NCBI RefSeq assembly: GCF_001194135.2 | Contig: NC_068995.1 | Coordinates: forward strand, 20,487,061 to 20,551,060 | From: Octopus bimaculoides | Taxonomy: Eukaryota | DNA length: 64,000 bases | Direction of reading: 5' to 3' | Part shown: piece after piece, positions 24,241 to 37,882 of the stretch | How positions within the stretch are numbered: position 1 is the first letter of the stretch | How the letters are laid out: each line of letters begins with the position of its first letter | Position numbers and translations under genes: made by a program | The notes under the pieces: generated by a model | The model's database searches: none | Told to the model about the DNA's origin: nothing | Seen by the model: only the letters and a program-made list of their open reading frames with translations

Positions 24241-26999
24241 TGTTGAAGCTTATTTTAATAGTAATTGAATATTTAGCTTTCAAGTATTTAGCCATAAGTT
24301 GTAGATTCTTTGTACTCTTTGTGATTATTGAACTAAATATGGTTTGGATTTGTTTACTAATCATCTTCTTCCATCCTAACATTTCGATTTGTGGAAATAA
24401 ACTTCATTGTGATCTTTGATAATTTTAAGGTTTACATATCTTCCATTGACAGCTGTCAACTTGTGCCAACATACATTATTAGCTGTGCCACATTCAATTT
24501 GTTATTTTTGTGTGATGGTCATTCTTTCAAAGCCAATATCTTTTACTGCTTCCAGTAAAATGGATGCCCTTTCTGAATTTGGATTATTTATAGCATATAC
24601 CAGCTGTGGTTAATACATTTTGATTTTCAAATGTCTCATTTTGTTTTTTATCTATTTGGTGACTAAGGTCTTTCATTCTATAAACAGCTTATCCCAAGTT
24701 TTGTTTTCTTGTTGGCAGTTAAGTTCATACTGATCATACTTCATCCATGACCTGACATTTCTACTGGTTTGTTAACAAGGATTCAAATGCTAAGTTATTG
24801 GCATCGAATTTAAAAGCTGAAAAAAAAAATTGATGCTGCTTCTTGGATCTTTGCTAAAAAAAAAAAAAAGCTTAAATAACAGCCATATTTTCACACTAAT
24901 ACTATCAACAACACTTCTGGATGGATTCTATTGTCTCTATTATCTGACACTAGATGTATTTTTCTTTTTTTTACAAAAACCTAAGACTGAAATTGGGATC
25001 AACTCTTGTCACTTGGCACTTAACTGGTTTCAGTCATTGAATTTATTTTTTACTCCTTCATGGTTGTCAGTTTTACTTTTCATCCTTGTAGAGATAATGG
25101 AGAAAAAGTGCCCTCGAATGGAAGAACGGGAGCAAAATTGCAATGACATTAGAAAAGTGGACATATCAGCTGTTTGTTGAGCATGCTGTTTTGGGCCTAA
25201 CTTGAACGCATCTACTAAATCCAATCTTTTGCAAGATACTAACATTTCTATTGATTCAATACTCTACTGCAGTATTTTCTGACACTTTCATTATCAAGAA
25301 CTTCTTTTATTAAATGAATTTTCTCACAGACCTCGGGTTTTCTGAGCTGTTTGTTTACTCTCTAAGCCAATTTTATAACTAATAACTCGTTTTCCTAGTA
25401 TCAAGTTTCAATCAAAGCTACACATGTTACATATAACTGAATAATTAAATGTAACTAGGTTAATATACATTTTACACTGCAGCCTTTTTCAAATTTTGAA
25501 CCAGTTTGTGGATCCCATCAAGGGGTTAGCAGACCTTAAGTTGGGAACCACTGTTCTGCTTTTAGAGGAAACTTTCATTGGCTTGATTATTTCACCTAGC
25601 TGAACCAACTCGCACCTTTGCAAAGAGGTTACTTGTGAGTTTTTGATATTGTAACCTGAAAAGTGTTAGCATTTTATTATGAACATCAACAGTGTCACAA
25701 TATCTAGTGAGCTATTGTGAGCAGTTATTCTTAGAATAATAGTCAGGCTCTGACAGTTGTCTTGTATGGGCAAGCCACATTGACAGAAAATAACTGGCTT
25801 ACTTTAACTTAAATTTGTGAATTTTCTGAGTGAAATCCTGTTTCATTGGTTCTTTTTCTTTTTTTTCTTTTGTCCAGTGTAGTAAATTTAAAAAATTTTT
25901 TGTACTGGGTGAGTGACCTGAGCTCTGAATGAGGTATACTTGTTAGCTTCTTTGTTGCTATTTCACTCAGCATTTAACAGTATATAAAGTAAAAACTGAT
26001 TTATGCTTTGTTAGGTAACTTGTAGTACACCTGTTAAATTGCTCAATAGTGGCATTAGCCCATAATCAAACTGACATATAAGCTTTCCAGTTGTATGCTT
26101 TCCATCCTTTTGCATATCAAGATCTACATTGTCTAATCTGTCTGTCCTATGTCTTATGATAGTTGTGCATTTTGGGGACTTTTAGGTCATGTAATTGTGT
26201 AGAAGCTCTGTCACTGAATCATATTAAACTTAAAATTTGAGAAAGGAGAATCAGTAAAATTAGGATGAGCTAATTGGTATAAGGTTGAGTTTACTCTTTC
26301 ATTTTAACAATCTTTGGAGTGTCAAGGACATAAAATGCACCTAGGCCATGCTGTAAAGTTTCTGATTGGAAGAGCACTTGGTTTTAAAAGAAAAATGCTT
26401 GAAAATCACAACACAAGCAACAATGGTTGTATTAGTTGCTGCCTGACAGAACTTTGACAAATAGAGGAAGTTACAACACCGCTATCATTTTTACCAGTAT
26501 ATTGTTGTTCATGGTTGAATGGTTCTGAAAAATCTCATTGTGGAGATATTCCTGATTAAACTTAAACATAACATTACAACCTAACATTAATGGTGTTTAG
26601 CTTTTGTTTTATATTGTATAATATGCTGACCTCACAGTCCTGAAATCCTCCAGTACTCTCAATACAACAAATACATCTAGAACTTAAGCCTAATAATTTT
26701 TGTAAACTATCAATCTTGCTCTCAGCAATATTGCATGTTAGATAATTACCTGTGCAGTTTGATCCCCGATCATTAACATTTCTCTCATCCTTTCTTACCT
26801 TTCCTTTATCTACTGCAAGTTACTACTCTTCTGCTGTTCTCTGCCCCTTTCCTTTTTCTGCTCTGCCAGTCATTTATTACTCTCTTCCTATCTTCCAACT
26901 CCACCTTCTCAACCTGTCACTCCCTACTCCATTTTCCTTCCTATTTAACTTTCTCCTCTCTCTATTAATGAGTAGCTATGTAGCTCTCTTATACTTTAA

Positions 27000-27202
27000 C
27001 CTTTTGGCATTCAGATTACTCCATCAAATGTAATGATTATTTATTAACATTGCTTTCAATTAATCATGCTTTCTCATGCCTTCAAGATTTTCATGTTTTT
27101 TTTAGAATGACATTGTTGGGTAAGTGTGATTGACCAGATCTGGCTGTCTGAAGATAAAACAGAGTATCCAGGCTCAATAGGGTCAGTTTAAATACCATAG
27201 GA
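27000..27202 (-). mobile_element. piggyBac-type MITE, same family
   Basis: TTAA|ccttttggcattcagattactc..tttagaatgacattg..cagatctggc; the right end is degraded. Confidence 0.75.
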
Positions 27203-27743
27203 TCAATCTCTCATCTCTTAACATAAAGCAACTGTCCTCTTTAGTGTAGCCCCACTCAAAGGGGATTTTAGTCTTACAAGCTACATTAGTGATCTCACTG
27301 GTATTAATGCCACAGGAACAAAAAAAAAAGATCACCCTATATGCATCATAAAATGTTATTTGGAAGAGTATTCAGTTGTAGAAACCATGCCGAAGTAAAC
27401 ATGGGTGCACAATTTAATCCTTGGACCCATAGGAACTTCTCAAACCTCTTGCTCTTGCTAGAATGGAACACGGACATTAAATAATGATTTTCTGTTGGTC
27501 AGGGTAAATGTATTTTATGTTAACTGTTATCCTCTCCCCTTCATATTTTCTTGGTTTATAGATCTGACACTTGATGGATAAACTTAAGAATCTGTCTTTG
27601 GGTTAAAATATGTCGTATAGCATCAGTTGTAGAAATAACTATAAAATGTCACAAATTTAAATATAGTTATGGAAAGATAGGGAATATCTCAGAATTATAA
27701 TTCTTTTTTGGAAAGTTTTTTTTTTTTTTTTTTTTTTTTTAAA

Positions 27744-28085
27744 GGGTGTATGTTAAGAAGCTTTGCTTCCCAACCTCATGGTTCCGGGTTCAGTCTCACT
27801 GCATGGCATCTGAGGTCTTCTTCTATAGCCTCAGGCTGACCGAAGTCTTGAGGGAATTTGGTAGATAGAAACTGAAAGAAGTCTGCTGCATGTGTCTTTG
27901 TCCTCCACCACCACTTGACAGCCATTGTTGGTGTTTACATCCCTGTAACTTAGGTTTCACAAAATAAATTGATAGAATAAGTACTAGGCTTTAAAAAAAA
28001 GTCGAGGTTGATTTATTCGACTAAAACCCTCCAGGGCAGTGCCCCAGCATGGCTGTAGTCAAATTATTAAAACAAAAGAAAGAAG
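27744..28085 (+). mobile_element. tRNA-derived SINE family A
   Basis: aagaagctttgcttcccaac..ggttccgggttcagtc..gatagaataagtactaggct..cagcatggctgtagtcaaat; directly follows a poly-T tract. Confidence 0.88.
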
Positions 28086-28646
28086 ACATAAAAGCATGTT
28101 CAGATGCTCCTATACACACACACCCATGTACACAGTTGAAAGGTGAAGCTGGTGAATCTACAAATGATTTGTTTCTTTTTTCTCTTCCAAACTCAAACCT
28201 CATCTTGAAAGGCTTCCTACTTTCATTCTTTTCTTCCTTCCCCACTCTCATAAGATAAAAAGTGCTTTGTTTTGTGATTTTTAATTTGGCCTTGTGTGAG
28301 AAACAACAAAGCTGTCTTGAGTTTCCTCCTTTCCTGTTTAGCTTCCATCTACTGCTGCTGGCATCCCCCCTGTATGTGTGTGTGGATTCAGGAGAACAAC
28401 TGGTTAATTATGTGGCTTATTCAATGGCCTTTAATGGGGCCAGGAGATGTGGTTCAGTGAGTGAGAAATGGGTATCCCTCTCTCCTTGGGTGTTTCTCCC
28501 TTTTGTTCTTTGTATGCTGCAGAAACACAACAATGGTGGAACATAAACAATGCAATACCATGAATGAAAGTCTCTTCTGGATGGAAAGATTATATACGAA
28601 TGCTCTCTTTCCCTCCCCCTCTTATCTCCTCTAGCCACTCCTTGTC

Positions 28647-28672
28647 ATCTCTCTCTCTTTCTCTCTCTCTCT

Positions 28673-28712
<40 letters not shown>
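28647..28712. repeat. (CT)n microsatellite
   Basis: Direct inspection. Confidence 0.92.
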
Positions 28713-28715
<3 letters not shown>

Positions 28716-30291
28716 GTTTTTCTGTCTCCTCTCGTACCAATCCTATGTCTCCCACTCTACTTCCTCTGTCTTTTTTTTCATCTACTCTCTCTGCCATCCT
28801 ATTTCTTTGTCCTAATCATTCCCAATAAAAATGTTCAAAGGTAAATCAGCTGACTCAGCCACTCTTTCCTCTTTTCATTTCCTAACATTTCTTCCTTCTT
28901 CCAGCCTTACAATTTTGCTTAATTTATGCTGAATTTTCCCTTTGACATTTCTCCCACCCCACTCCACCCCAGAACCACCAGAAGCTGTTCAGAATCTTTT
29001 TCATGTCAGCTGATTGTCGTGTTTACTTCCACATTTTCCATGCTGGCATGGGTTGGACAAGACCTTCCGAAGTATTAACATTCTACAGCTGGTTGTCCTG
29101 CTCATTGTCTGCCTTCATAGGCTACAAGACTCAATTTACAAATACACCATTGCTCAAACAGTGTCAGTATGAAGATACAGAAATATATTTGGGCTTCCAT
29201 ACTTTTTCTATCCAATTTTACTCCCAATGCATTGATTACCCTGAAGTTATACAGGATAGGTGCAAGGTGCCATTTTGTGGTGTGGAATCCAATCATTTGG
29301 TTGCAAAGTGAATTTCATAATCACACACTCATATCTCTCTCTCAAACGTAGCTCAAGTTTTTTATTTCATTTTAGTAGTATTTTTTAGTTTTATTTGTCC
29401 AAAGTTCTTTCATCACACATCTGTGACCACTTCAGCAACTGTCCCATGTGTCTGCTCTTGCCCTGCCCATTCCATTTTGTCCTGTGTTATTTTCTTTCAC
29501 ATATTTTCATACTTTCAGCTTTACACATAGAACAGAAGAGGTTTTAAGTACCAATATGTTCCCTGTTTTATTCTGGCGTATTTTTACTTCATCTTGCTCC
29601 GGTAGCAATATCTTACCCATCAATGTGTGTATTTATAGTTCTGGTTTTCTTTTGTCATTCTTGGCAATAGCATACTAAAATAGCCTTTCTTGTCTCATGT
29701 TTCTCTCCTTGGATTCTTTTAATGTTTGTCTTCTATAAAGATTTTCATCATTCATTTGTCCCACTCTTTAAAAAGATGTCAGTCACATGTGCCACACAGA
29801 TTTCAGAAGAACAGGTTCCACAATAGCAGGATCTCTGAAAATATAAGATTGCAACTGTTTGCAGTTCAGAGCATGTAGCAGTAAAGGTGACTTTGAAAAA
29901 TATATAATGCAAACAATGTGTTCTGACAGATGAGTTTATATCCGAAAGGAAACGTGACACAGTGCTGCATCTTCTACAAAATTGGTGTGTGTGTGTGTGT
30001 GTGTGTCCTTGTGCTGACATTACAGCATCATTCATATTTTGTAATCTTTAGTACAATTTTTCAGATTAGGATAAACTATTTCCTTCTTTGGAAACGAGGG
30101 TTGGCAACAGGAAAAGCATCTGTTTAAGTCTGCAAAATAACCCAACCCAACTGACTACACAAGCATGGAGAGGTAGATGTTAAAACAATTATAAATTTCA
30201 TTTCATCCTTTTACTATGATAAATGACTATAGGATTTGTTATTTTGTGAGTCGAGAAAATCACTGTGACTGCTTAATTTGGTATGCATAAT

Positions 30292-30691
30292 AGGTGCAGG
30301 CACAGCTATGTGGGAAGAAGCTTACTTCCCAACCACATGGTTCTGGGTTCAGTCCCACTGCGCAGCACCTTGGGCAAGTGTCTTCTATAGCCCCAGGCCA
30401 ACCAAAGCCTTGTGAGTGGATTTGGTAGATGGGAACTGAAAGAAGCCTGTTGTGTGTGTGTGTGTGTGTGTGTTTGACCCCACCCCCCACCCTCCGCTAG
30501 GGTTTGACAATTGATGCTGGTGTGTTTTATGTTCCCGTAACGTAGTGGTTCAGCAAAAGAGACCAGTTGAATAAGTACTAAGTTTACAAAAATAAGACCT
30601 GGGATTGATTTCTTCAACTAAAAACCCTATAAGGTGGTGCTTCAGCATGGCCGCAGTCAAATGACTGAAACAAGTAATGGAATAAAATAAG
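30292..30691 (+). mobile_element. tRNA-derived SINE family A (best-preserved copy)
   Basis: Complete head, (GT)n middle and tail ..cagcatggccgcagtcaaatgactgaaacaag. Confidence 0.92.
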
Positions 30692-31710
30692 TAACAAACA
30701 GCCTTCAAACAAAATCACCCTTCACTGATCTAAAGAGATTTCATATTGGATTGCATTCTTGTACAAAATAGAATTGTGAATCCTGGCTTGCCTTTGATCA
30801 TAGTTTTGCTTATTTAGGGTTGCCCTTGAGATTAACAGTATGGTAGCAATAATCCTTAATTGATCGATCCAAGGATGTTGAGTGGAGTCTTTGGAATATC
30901 ATTTTCAGCAGGTCTTTAATACAGATACCATTGCCCAACACTGTCTCCTTTAGCTGGTTTAAGCCCTAAACTTCTAAGATACTCTAAGCCAGTAAATAGT
31001 GAATTCCTTTTCTAGGATTTTATATTATTGGGTACAAACCCCAGATACTTGCTAAATTTAAAACTTTTAATTGCTCAGCTGTCATTCTTACCTTATTAGA
31101 AAAATCTTCACTTAAGCTCCAACTTATTGTATAAATATATTTTGTCTTATAGCAAAGATGTATAATTCTTTGATTATCAACTTCATCAGGGGTGGGGGTT
31201 AAGTTCATCCTAGTTACCCTTACCTTAGTGGAATCAATCTTGTATTTTTGAATTTACAATGTAGCTGGATGCTATAAGGCAATCAAGTGCAAAGTGAATA
31301 TGTCCGACTACAACTGCTGATACTTGCTTCATTCTGTATTTTAGAAGCTCACTTGATCCTGTTGGAGTCATTTGTCGAGTTGGACTAGTTCAAATTTCAC
31401 CTGTTGGTCTCCTGTCTATATTTTAGAAACCTATTTAATTCTATCAGAATTATGTACCAGCTCTGAGTATGTTTCCTTCAGTAAACAGGTGGCATATGCT
31501 GATGAAGTTTCTATCCCTTGTATATTCACTATGGGGCTCGAGTTTATCATTTGATTTGCTCTCTTTTTACTAGTTCTGTGTTCAATGCAACTGTACCCTA
31601 TAAAGCACTCAGCTTATTTTTTTCTGCCTGATACAAGGCTAGTTTTTTTGTAGGTTAGGATAATTAGTCAAATAGCTCCAACATGATGTATCAGGTATTA
31701 TGGTTGATTA

Positions 31711-31885
31711 TCAACATTTAACATCTGTTTTCTATGCTGGCATGAGTCAGATGGCTTGACAGGAACTAGCAAAGCCAGGGGCCACACCAAGCTCCATAGT
31801 CTGTTTTAGTTTGTTTTCTACAGCCTGATGCTCTTCCTAATACCAACCACTCCACAGTACACTGGGTGCTTTCTACATGGCACCA
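31711..31885 (-). mobile_element. SINE family B 3' part
   Basis: catttaacatctgttttctatgctggcatg..gatgctcttcctaataccaaccactcc..actgggtgctttctacatggcacc. Confidence 0.8.
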
Positions 31886-32794
31886 TTTCCCAAGATATGA
31901 ATTAGTTGAGACTAAGCACTGATTCATTTCTGTAGCTAACTGTACGATGACGCTATGTGAATATTGTTTATTGTCATTTAATTATCTCTAAACTAATTGG
32001 CTAAGGCTTTGTAGATATTTCTTCTAATTTCTTGGATTTCATTTAGAATATTTTTTGCAAAGTTAGATATTAATTCCTTCTAGACTGTTGAATGGCTATA
32101 ATGGAGTGCGTGCACCTAATCTTAATGAATTCACCCTTGTTTTGCTTTCCTTTATGAAATGAAATTAATTTGATAAAGGGCTTGTCTAGACTGAACAAAG
32201 TGGTTGAGTGAAAAGGAAAATCTGTTATGAAATATGACTTCATTGAATTATAATTAAGCTGAAATATTTCCGCTTTTGAGAATGGTGTGCTATTATATTC
32301 CTTCATTCTATGAGGAACCTATGGTGAGAATCTTTAGGCTTTGCATGTGTGTTTCATGCTGAGGGAAGAGCATGTGGGAGGCCTTTCTTTCAATGGCTGT
32401 GTGTGTGTGTGTTACTCGTTAGTTTGTTTTTGTGTTAATTATCCTTGCTGCTACTACATCAGTGAACTGAAACTGCTTTTGATGTTTGTTTCTTTTAGTA
32501 TCTGATGTTTTTCGAATTAGCTGCTTCTGCTTTCTCCTTCACCAGTTCTTCTTACATAGTCTTCTTCTTGAAGAAATCAAGTTCTTTAAGCATTCTTTAT
32601 TTTATTATTTCTATAACTAGGGAAAAGCAAACAGAATTTCATGGCATTAATTTATAGTAGTGAGGATGTACAAAACAGTATTGCCTTTTGCTGTATTAGT
32701 CTAGGGGTCTATTTAGATCCCAATGAAGTGAATGTTGCTCTACATTCTTCTGGATCAAGTAAAATAAGATTCACATACTGCAGCTGTTATTATT

Positions 32795-33610
32795 ATTGTT
32801 AAAATGCTGTACAAAATGCTTAATATTTTGCCTGTCACTATGTTCTGAGTTCAAATTCCACCGAGGTTGACTTTGCCTTTCACCTTCTCAGGGTCCATAA
32901 ATTAAGTACCAGTGAAACACTGGGGACTGATGTAATCAACAATCCCCCTCCCATCAAATTTCAGGCTTTGTGCCTATAGTAGAAAGGATTATTATGGCAA
33001 GCTGGCAGAATCAGTGCATCAGAAAAATGTGTAGCAGCATATTTTCTCTCTTTATATTTGCAGTTCATATCTCACCAAGGTCAACTTTCCTTTATTGTTC
33101 CTGAAAGGATGAAAAACAAAGTACTAGTCAAGTACTGGAGTTGATGTTATTGACTACACCACCACCACTAAAATTAATGACTTCGTGACTAAATCTGAAG
33201 CCATTATTGTTATCTTTAGTGGATTGGAAGAATAGCTAGTCAGACAAAATGCTTTGTATATTCTAGCTCATGAGTTTATATTCCTCCGGGGCCGATAAAA
33301 GAGTATTAATCAGCTACTGGTGATCGATGGTTTCAACTAACCCCCTCCTCAAGATACTTGGCCTTGTGCTTAAATTGGGAACATTATTAAGCATAGTGTC
33401 TCTGCAGAATAATAGTTGTGGTATTCTGGCTTTTACATTCAGAATTCAATTCCTGCTATGGTCAGGTTTTGTGTTTCAGAAACCATTATTGAGAGCAGTG
33501 AATTAGCAGAATTGTTAGAGCATCCAACAAAAATGCCTTGCTGTATATGTTCCAGAGATTGCATTGAACTGAGCTCATATTTTGTCCTTCATCCCTCTAG
33601 GTTTGAGTGG
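32795..33610 (+). mobile_element. Head-to-tail array of ~5 diverged units of a short tRNA-derived SINE (family D)
   Basis: Recurring modules gctggcagaatc..aaatgc / gagttcaaattccaccgaggttgactttgcc / aagtaccag..ctgggg..gatgtaatc / ggccttgtgc..gaaaccattatt. Unit borders at about 32993, 33211, 33390 and 33490. Confidence 0.78.
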
Positions 33611-34460
33611 ATTCAATCAACTATTTCCTTATTTCTGATCTTGTCGTTTAGAAATTGTTATTGGGTCTGTATTTTCTTGTGCTGTGTTCCTTGGCAATAA
33701 TATTTCTTAGACTTTCAATTCTATTTTATCAAGCATAGTAAAAAAAAAAAAGAAAAAAAAAAAAACACAATTTAGTTAGAATATGAATGACTACATTGTG
33801 AGTAAAGTGTCAATGGTTTTTTTGTTTCTACTTTCTGCCTTCTTATTCTTCCTTGTTGCTAAGGCAATTTTACCAACTATTTTAGGCAGTGGGCTAGTAG
33901 AGTTAACTGCCAATCAATCTTCTCACCCCCACCCCCCTTACTCTTCATTTGGAATGAAGGCAGTTAATGACAACTTATCAATTAAGCTAAATTGCTTTTA
34001 TATGAAACCAGTTGAATTCAAACACAAACGTGTGTGTGTGTGTGTTATGCATTACTCAGTGATTGCCACCTCCTCCAGCAACATAGGGAGTAGGACTGAA
34101 ATCCTTAGATCTGCTACTTAGCAGTAAGGCTTTCCTCTCACTTCAGATTTCTCTCCTCCCTGTCCCCCTTTCATCTCTCCATACCTCACTCCCCACCTTC
34201 ATAACAAGCTACTAGGAAAGGGCAGGTGGCACTTGTAGGAGGTCGAGTGGGAGGGATGCTCCTGATTTTCTTTTTATCATCCTCATCCCACTTTCCTTGC
34301 TTCATTCATTCAGTCATAAATCCATTCATTTTCTTGCTGTCTCAGAAGTCTATTGTCTGCCATTACAGCCACTGGTTCCCTTGTCTTTTTATTTTTTTTA
34401 TATTTATATTCCCAAACTCTAAACTGACTTCCATATTTTTCTGAAGTTAGTAATGTTAGA

Positions 34461-34670
34461 AATACTGGTTTCAGATTTTGGCACAAGGCCAGCAATTTCA
34501 GGATTAGGGGTAATTTGATTACATCGACCCCAGTACTCAACTGGTACTTTCTGAACCCTTATGGATGAAAGGCAGTTGACCTCAACTACATTTGAACTAA
34601 AAACATAAAACTGGACAAAATACCTCTCAGAATTCTGCCCCTTCTACTAAGTTCTGCCCACTCACTGCCT
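34461..34670 (-). mobile_element. SINE family D monomer
   Basis: tggtttcagattttggcacaaggcc..gattacatcgaccccagtactcaactggtac..ggatgaaaggcagttgacctc..tttgaact. Confidence 0.8.
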
Positions 34671-35627
34671 TATAGTAATGTTAGGAATAAGTGTATGGTA
34701 ACTGCTATCAGAAGTATGTATACATTTATTATAACCAAATGAATACAATGCTGTTTAACGTTTAGGCTGAAGTTATAATCTTCGTGAAATGATATGAGAA
34801 AGTCAAAGAATATTAAACAGTGGAGTGGAATTATCACCCAGGATTAGTAGTTTTTAAATATTTAAATTTCAGTTTTCAAGAAATTTACAAAACATTTCAG
34901 TGGAAGTTGCTGTCATTTTAATTCCAAGTTTTCTTTGATTGAACACAGTTGTCAAATAGGTTCCTCATATGACCATCTTTTCTGCTTGCTAGATTTTTTT
35001 TTTTATATAGTGTATCTGGAACTATGAAATAGATCCATCTGTTTTAAAAGGGTATAACTAGTGATATTTGGAATAATTATTGGATTGACATGTCCGTGCT
35101 TATAAGAAATATCTTAGATGTCACTTAAGTGACTCGTATGGCACAATATGTCTGGTCTGATCACTGATCCACACATACTCAGCCATTCCATGTTCTAACA
35201 AATCTGTGAAAATAATAAAAGCCATGGCAGTTAAGGGAGTAGCTGCTTGAGCATTTGACATGTTTTTTTGCTTTTTTTCCTATATTCTTACATGGTGTAG
35301 AGATTGCAAGCTTTGAAGTTTTTGCAATATAGCTTCAAACATCTGTAAAACATAGCTTAATGTCCAGTGTGATCCCTTTGTGTCATTTATTTTACACTAC
35401 ACCCTTCACTTCCATTTGGCAGTCTTATCCCTGTCATCTTTGATAAGAGTAATACACTGTACTGTACTTAGTGTCTTTGTAAAAGTTAAATCCAGCAGCA
35501 TGAGTTTTTGTTAAGCGAGTATTGACATCATGGAGCCTGGTTTTGATCTGGAATATTATTTTTTTATATATTATAAAAATTGTCAAAATTTTGCACGACA
35601 CACATTCACACACGCAATCCTTTCTAC

Positions 35628-35790
35628 TACAGGCAGACAGCCTAAAATTTTGTGGGTGTAGGGCTTGTCAATGACATCAATCCCAGTTCTCAACAGCTAC
35701 CAACCCTGAAAGGATGAAAGGAAATTGACTGGGGCAGATTTTGAACTCAGAATGTAACACAGGACGAAATGCTAACAATTCTGTCAGCTT
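35628..35790 (-). mobile_element. SINE family D monomer
   Basis: gacatcaatcccagttctcaac..ccctgaaaggatgaaagg..tttgaactcagaatgtaa..gacgaaatgctaacaattctgtcagc. Confidence 0.75.
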
Positions 35791-36306
35791 ATGTTTTTCA
35801 AAATGTTGCTCTCTGTTGTATTTGTTTACGTATGTTTATGCATGCTGTTGTGAATGGGGTTTTTTTTTGTTGTATATTTGTCCATTAAGTCTTTCTTTCT
35901 ATACTCCTTCTTGTTTTATATCTGGATATTTTTAACAGTAATGGAACTGGCAAACCTATGCTTTACTCTAGGGGTACTACTGTAGTTATGACGTATGAGA
36001 ACATGCAATTAGTTGCTCCCTTTTATATCTGTATTACCATGTGTGTGGCAATAACATGCCAATACTTAAATCTCATTCGCCATTACTAAATTGTTATTTT
36101 TCTGTGCTACACACCTAGATTTTTTTTTCCATTAGAAAACAGCTGATCTCAATCAGAATGCATCTCATCAGTAAAGCCTCTAGTGAATTAAAAGCCACAA
36201 CTTATCAGTTCATCCTGGAAAGAAATTTCAAATCCATTATACCTCTGTTCTTGGAGAAAGACATTAACAGCACAGCTTACTCTTTTCCAGTAGCATTATT
36301 TTTCAG

Positions 36307-36481
36307 CATCATCATCATCATCAGTGTCTGTTTTCTATGCTGGTATGGTTTGGATGGTTTCACTGGAACTGGTAAGCCAGAGAGCTGTACCAGGCTCCAG
36401 CCTGATTTTGGCCTGGTTTTTACGGCTGGATGCCCTTAATACCAACCGCTCCAAGAGTGTAGTGGGTGCCTTTTACGTGTG
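36307..36481 (-). mobile_element. SINE family B 3' part with (CAT)n tail
   Basis: (cat)5 tail then ttttctatgctggtatgg..tacggctggatgcccttaataccaaccgctcc..gtgggtgccttttacgtg. Confidence 0.85.
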
Positions 36482-36858
36482 TTTGAAAAATATTAGATTT
36501 GGATTATTATGTATTACTAGTTTCAGACATGAACATAATACTGGTTTCAGACATGAGACAGTAACCATGCAACACTTTCAAGGGACATAATTCAAAATGG
36601 AATGAAATACTGCTAAACGTTTTACTTTACAGCAGCTATTATAAACACCATCAGCATTTATCATCCCCACCTTGCTGGGGAAGGAATTATTAGGAAATTT
36701 TCCCTTGATTTATTTTGTCTAACCTGTTGTGGCATTAGAATGGTTGTGAAGTTCAGTGTGCTGATCAGGTTCATGTTGACTGAAGCAAGTTTTGTTGCTA
36801 ATATTACTAGCCATGATGAAGTAAATCTAAGGTCAGAGGCTTCTGTTAGTCATCTTTT

Positions 36859-37051
36859 CTTCTTTAGCATTTAAACCTGTGATACCTGGTCCAAATATTC
36901 TACTTGTTTTATGTTCAAACTGGCCAGATCTGGCTTCTCACATCTACCCTACATTGTCATTCTAAAAATAAGCATCACTTAGTTTTAGAACTGCAATATA
37001 ATGTATGATAATAAGCATTACATGTGATAAAAGAACCTGAATGCTAAAGGG
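36859..37051 (+). mobile_element. piggyBac-type MITE, same family
   Basis: ctttagcatttaaacc..ttatgttcaaactggccagatctggc..gaatgctaaaggg|TTAA. Confidence 0.82.
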
Positions 37052-37882
37052 TTAAATAGGGATCCCAGAATCCTATTTTTTAAGATTATAGGTTATGATT
37101 TGAGAAATTTGGCTGGTATTTCTAGCAGATCATGTTACCATGGAATGGCTTCTTCTTTGGCTCACATCTGTAATGATTTGTACTTATATTTACCTGAATA
37201 TGAAGATTCCTGTAATTCATGCTTTCTTCTATTTAGTTGTTCAGATAAATTAATCCCTGGAAATGATAGTATTACAAGTATTCTTCTCACTTTCTCTCTC
37301 TTGAAAGGCTAAAATGAACTGCACTACCAAACTAATAACCCACTCCTAGTATCCTAGTGACAAGATATAAACAATCCCATCGGCTTTGAATACTTCCTTG
37401 ACAAAGGAAAACCTGATTAAATTATGCTGGTATGGCAACTGCTAGCACTCCTAGTCCAAAGTTGAGCAATTAGAGCAAGTGTGAAGCATCCAGTTGTAAA
37501 ATTAAAAATAAGCAAAGTCTAAAACTGGTAAAAAAAACAAAGCAAAAAAAAAAAAAAGCACTTTCCTACACAAATGAATGACTATCACCATCCAACAAGT
37601 TACTAGAGTGTTACTAATGCCCTTTTTGATTACTTATCTCTCTGCTTATCTGTTGTACTTGGTGACCAAGACTAAAGTGTGTGGGAGACCTCCCTTTGAC
37701 ATTCTCACATTTGTACCTGGCATTTCTGCTTGACTTCACTAATTATTTAAATATTTAGTTTATATACTCATGGTTTTAGTCATGCCTTTGTTCTTTGTCT
37801 TCAATTGTTTTAGTGAGGAAGTAAGATTCAATTTTTTCTCTTAATAGAATGTGCATATTTTGTTGTTGGATTTTTGAAATTA

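Noticed and set aside
24505-24565. Minus-strand peptide LLEAVKDIGFERMTITQ resembling a DEAD-box helicase Q-motif region
   Set aside because: The expected downstream motif I (AxTGSGKT) is absent, so there is no support for a pseudogene.
25480-25553. Possible mini hAT MITE (right end gttgggaaccactg)
   Set aside because: The left TIR is poor and there is no 8-bp TSD. The similar candidate at 45941-46006 fails for the same reasons.
29863-29880. AGT TCA GAG CAT GTA GCA encodes SSEHVA, a hexapeptide of the missing MEX3 exon 1
   Set aside because: The flanks read TVC-SSEHVA-VKVTLKNI* rather than VPVP-SSEHVA-EIVGRQG, and there is no phase-1 donor. A chance match is most likely.
31372-31554. ORF containing VAYADEV, similar to the RT YADD motif
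   Set aside because: Other RT motifs could not be found in order; insufficient without a profile search.
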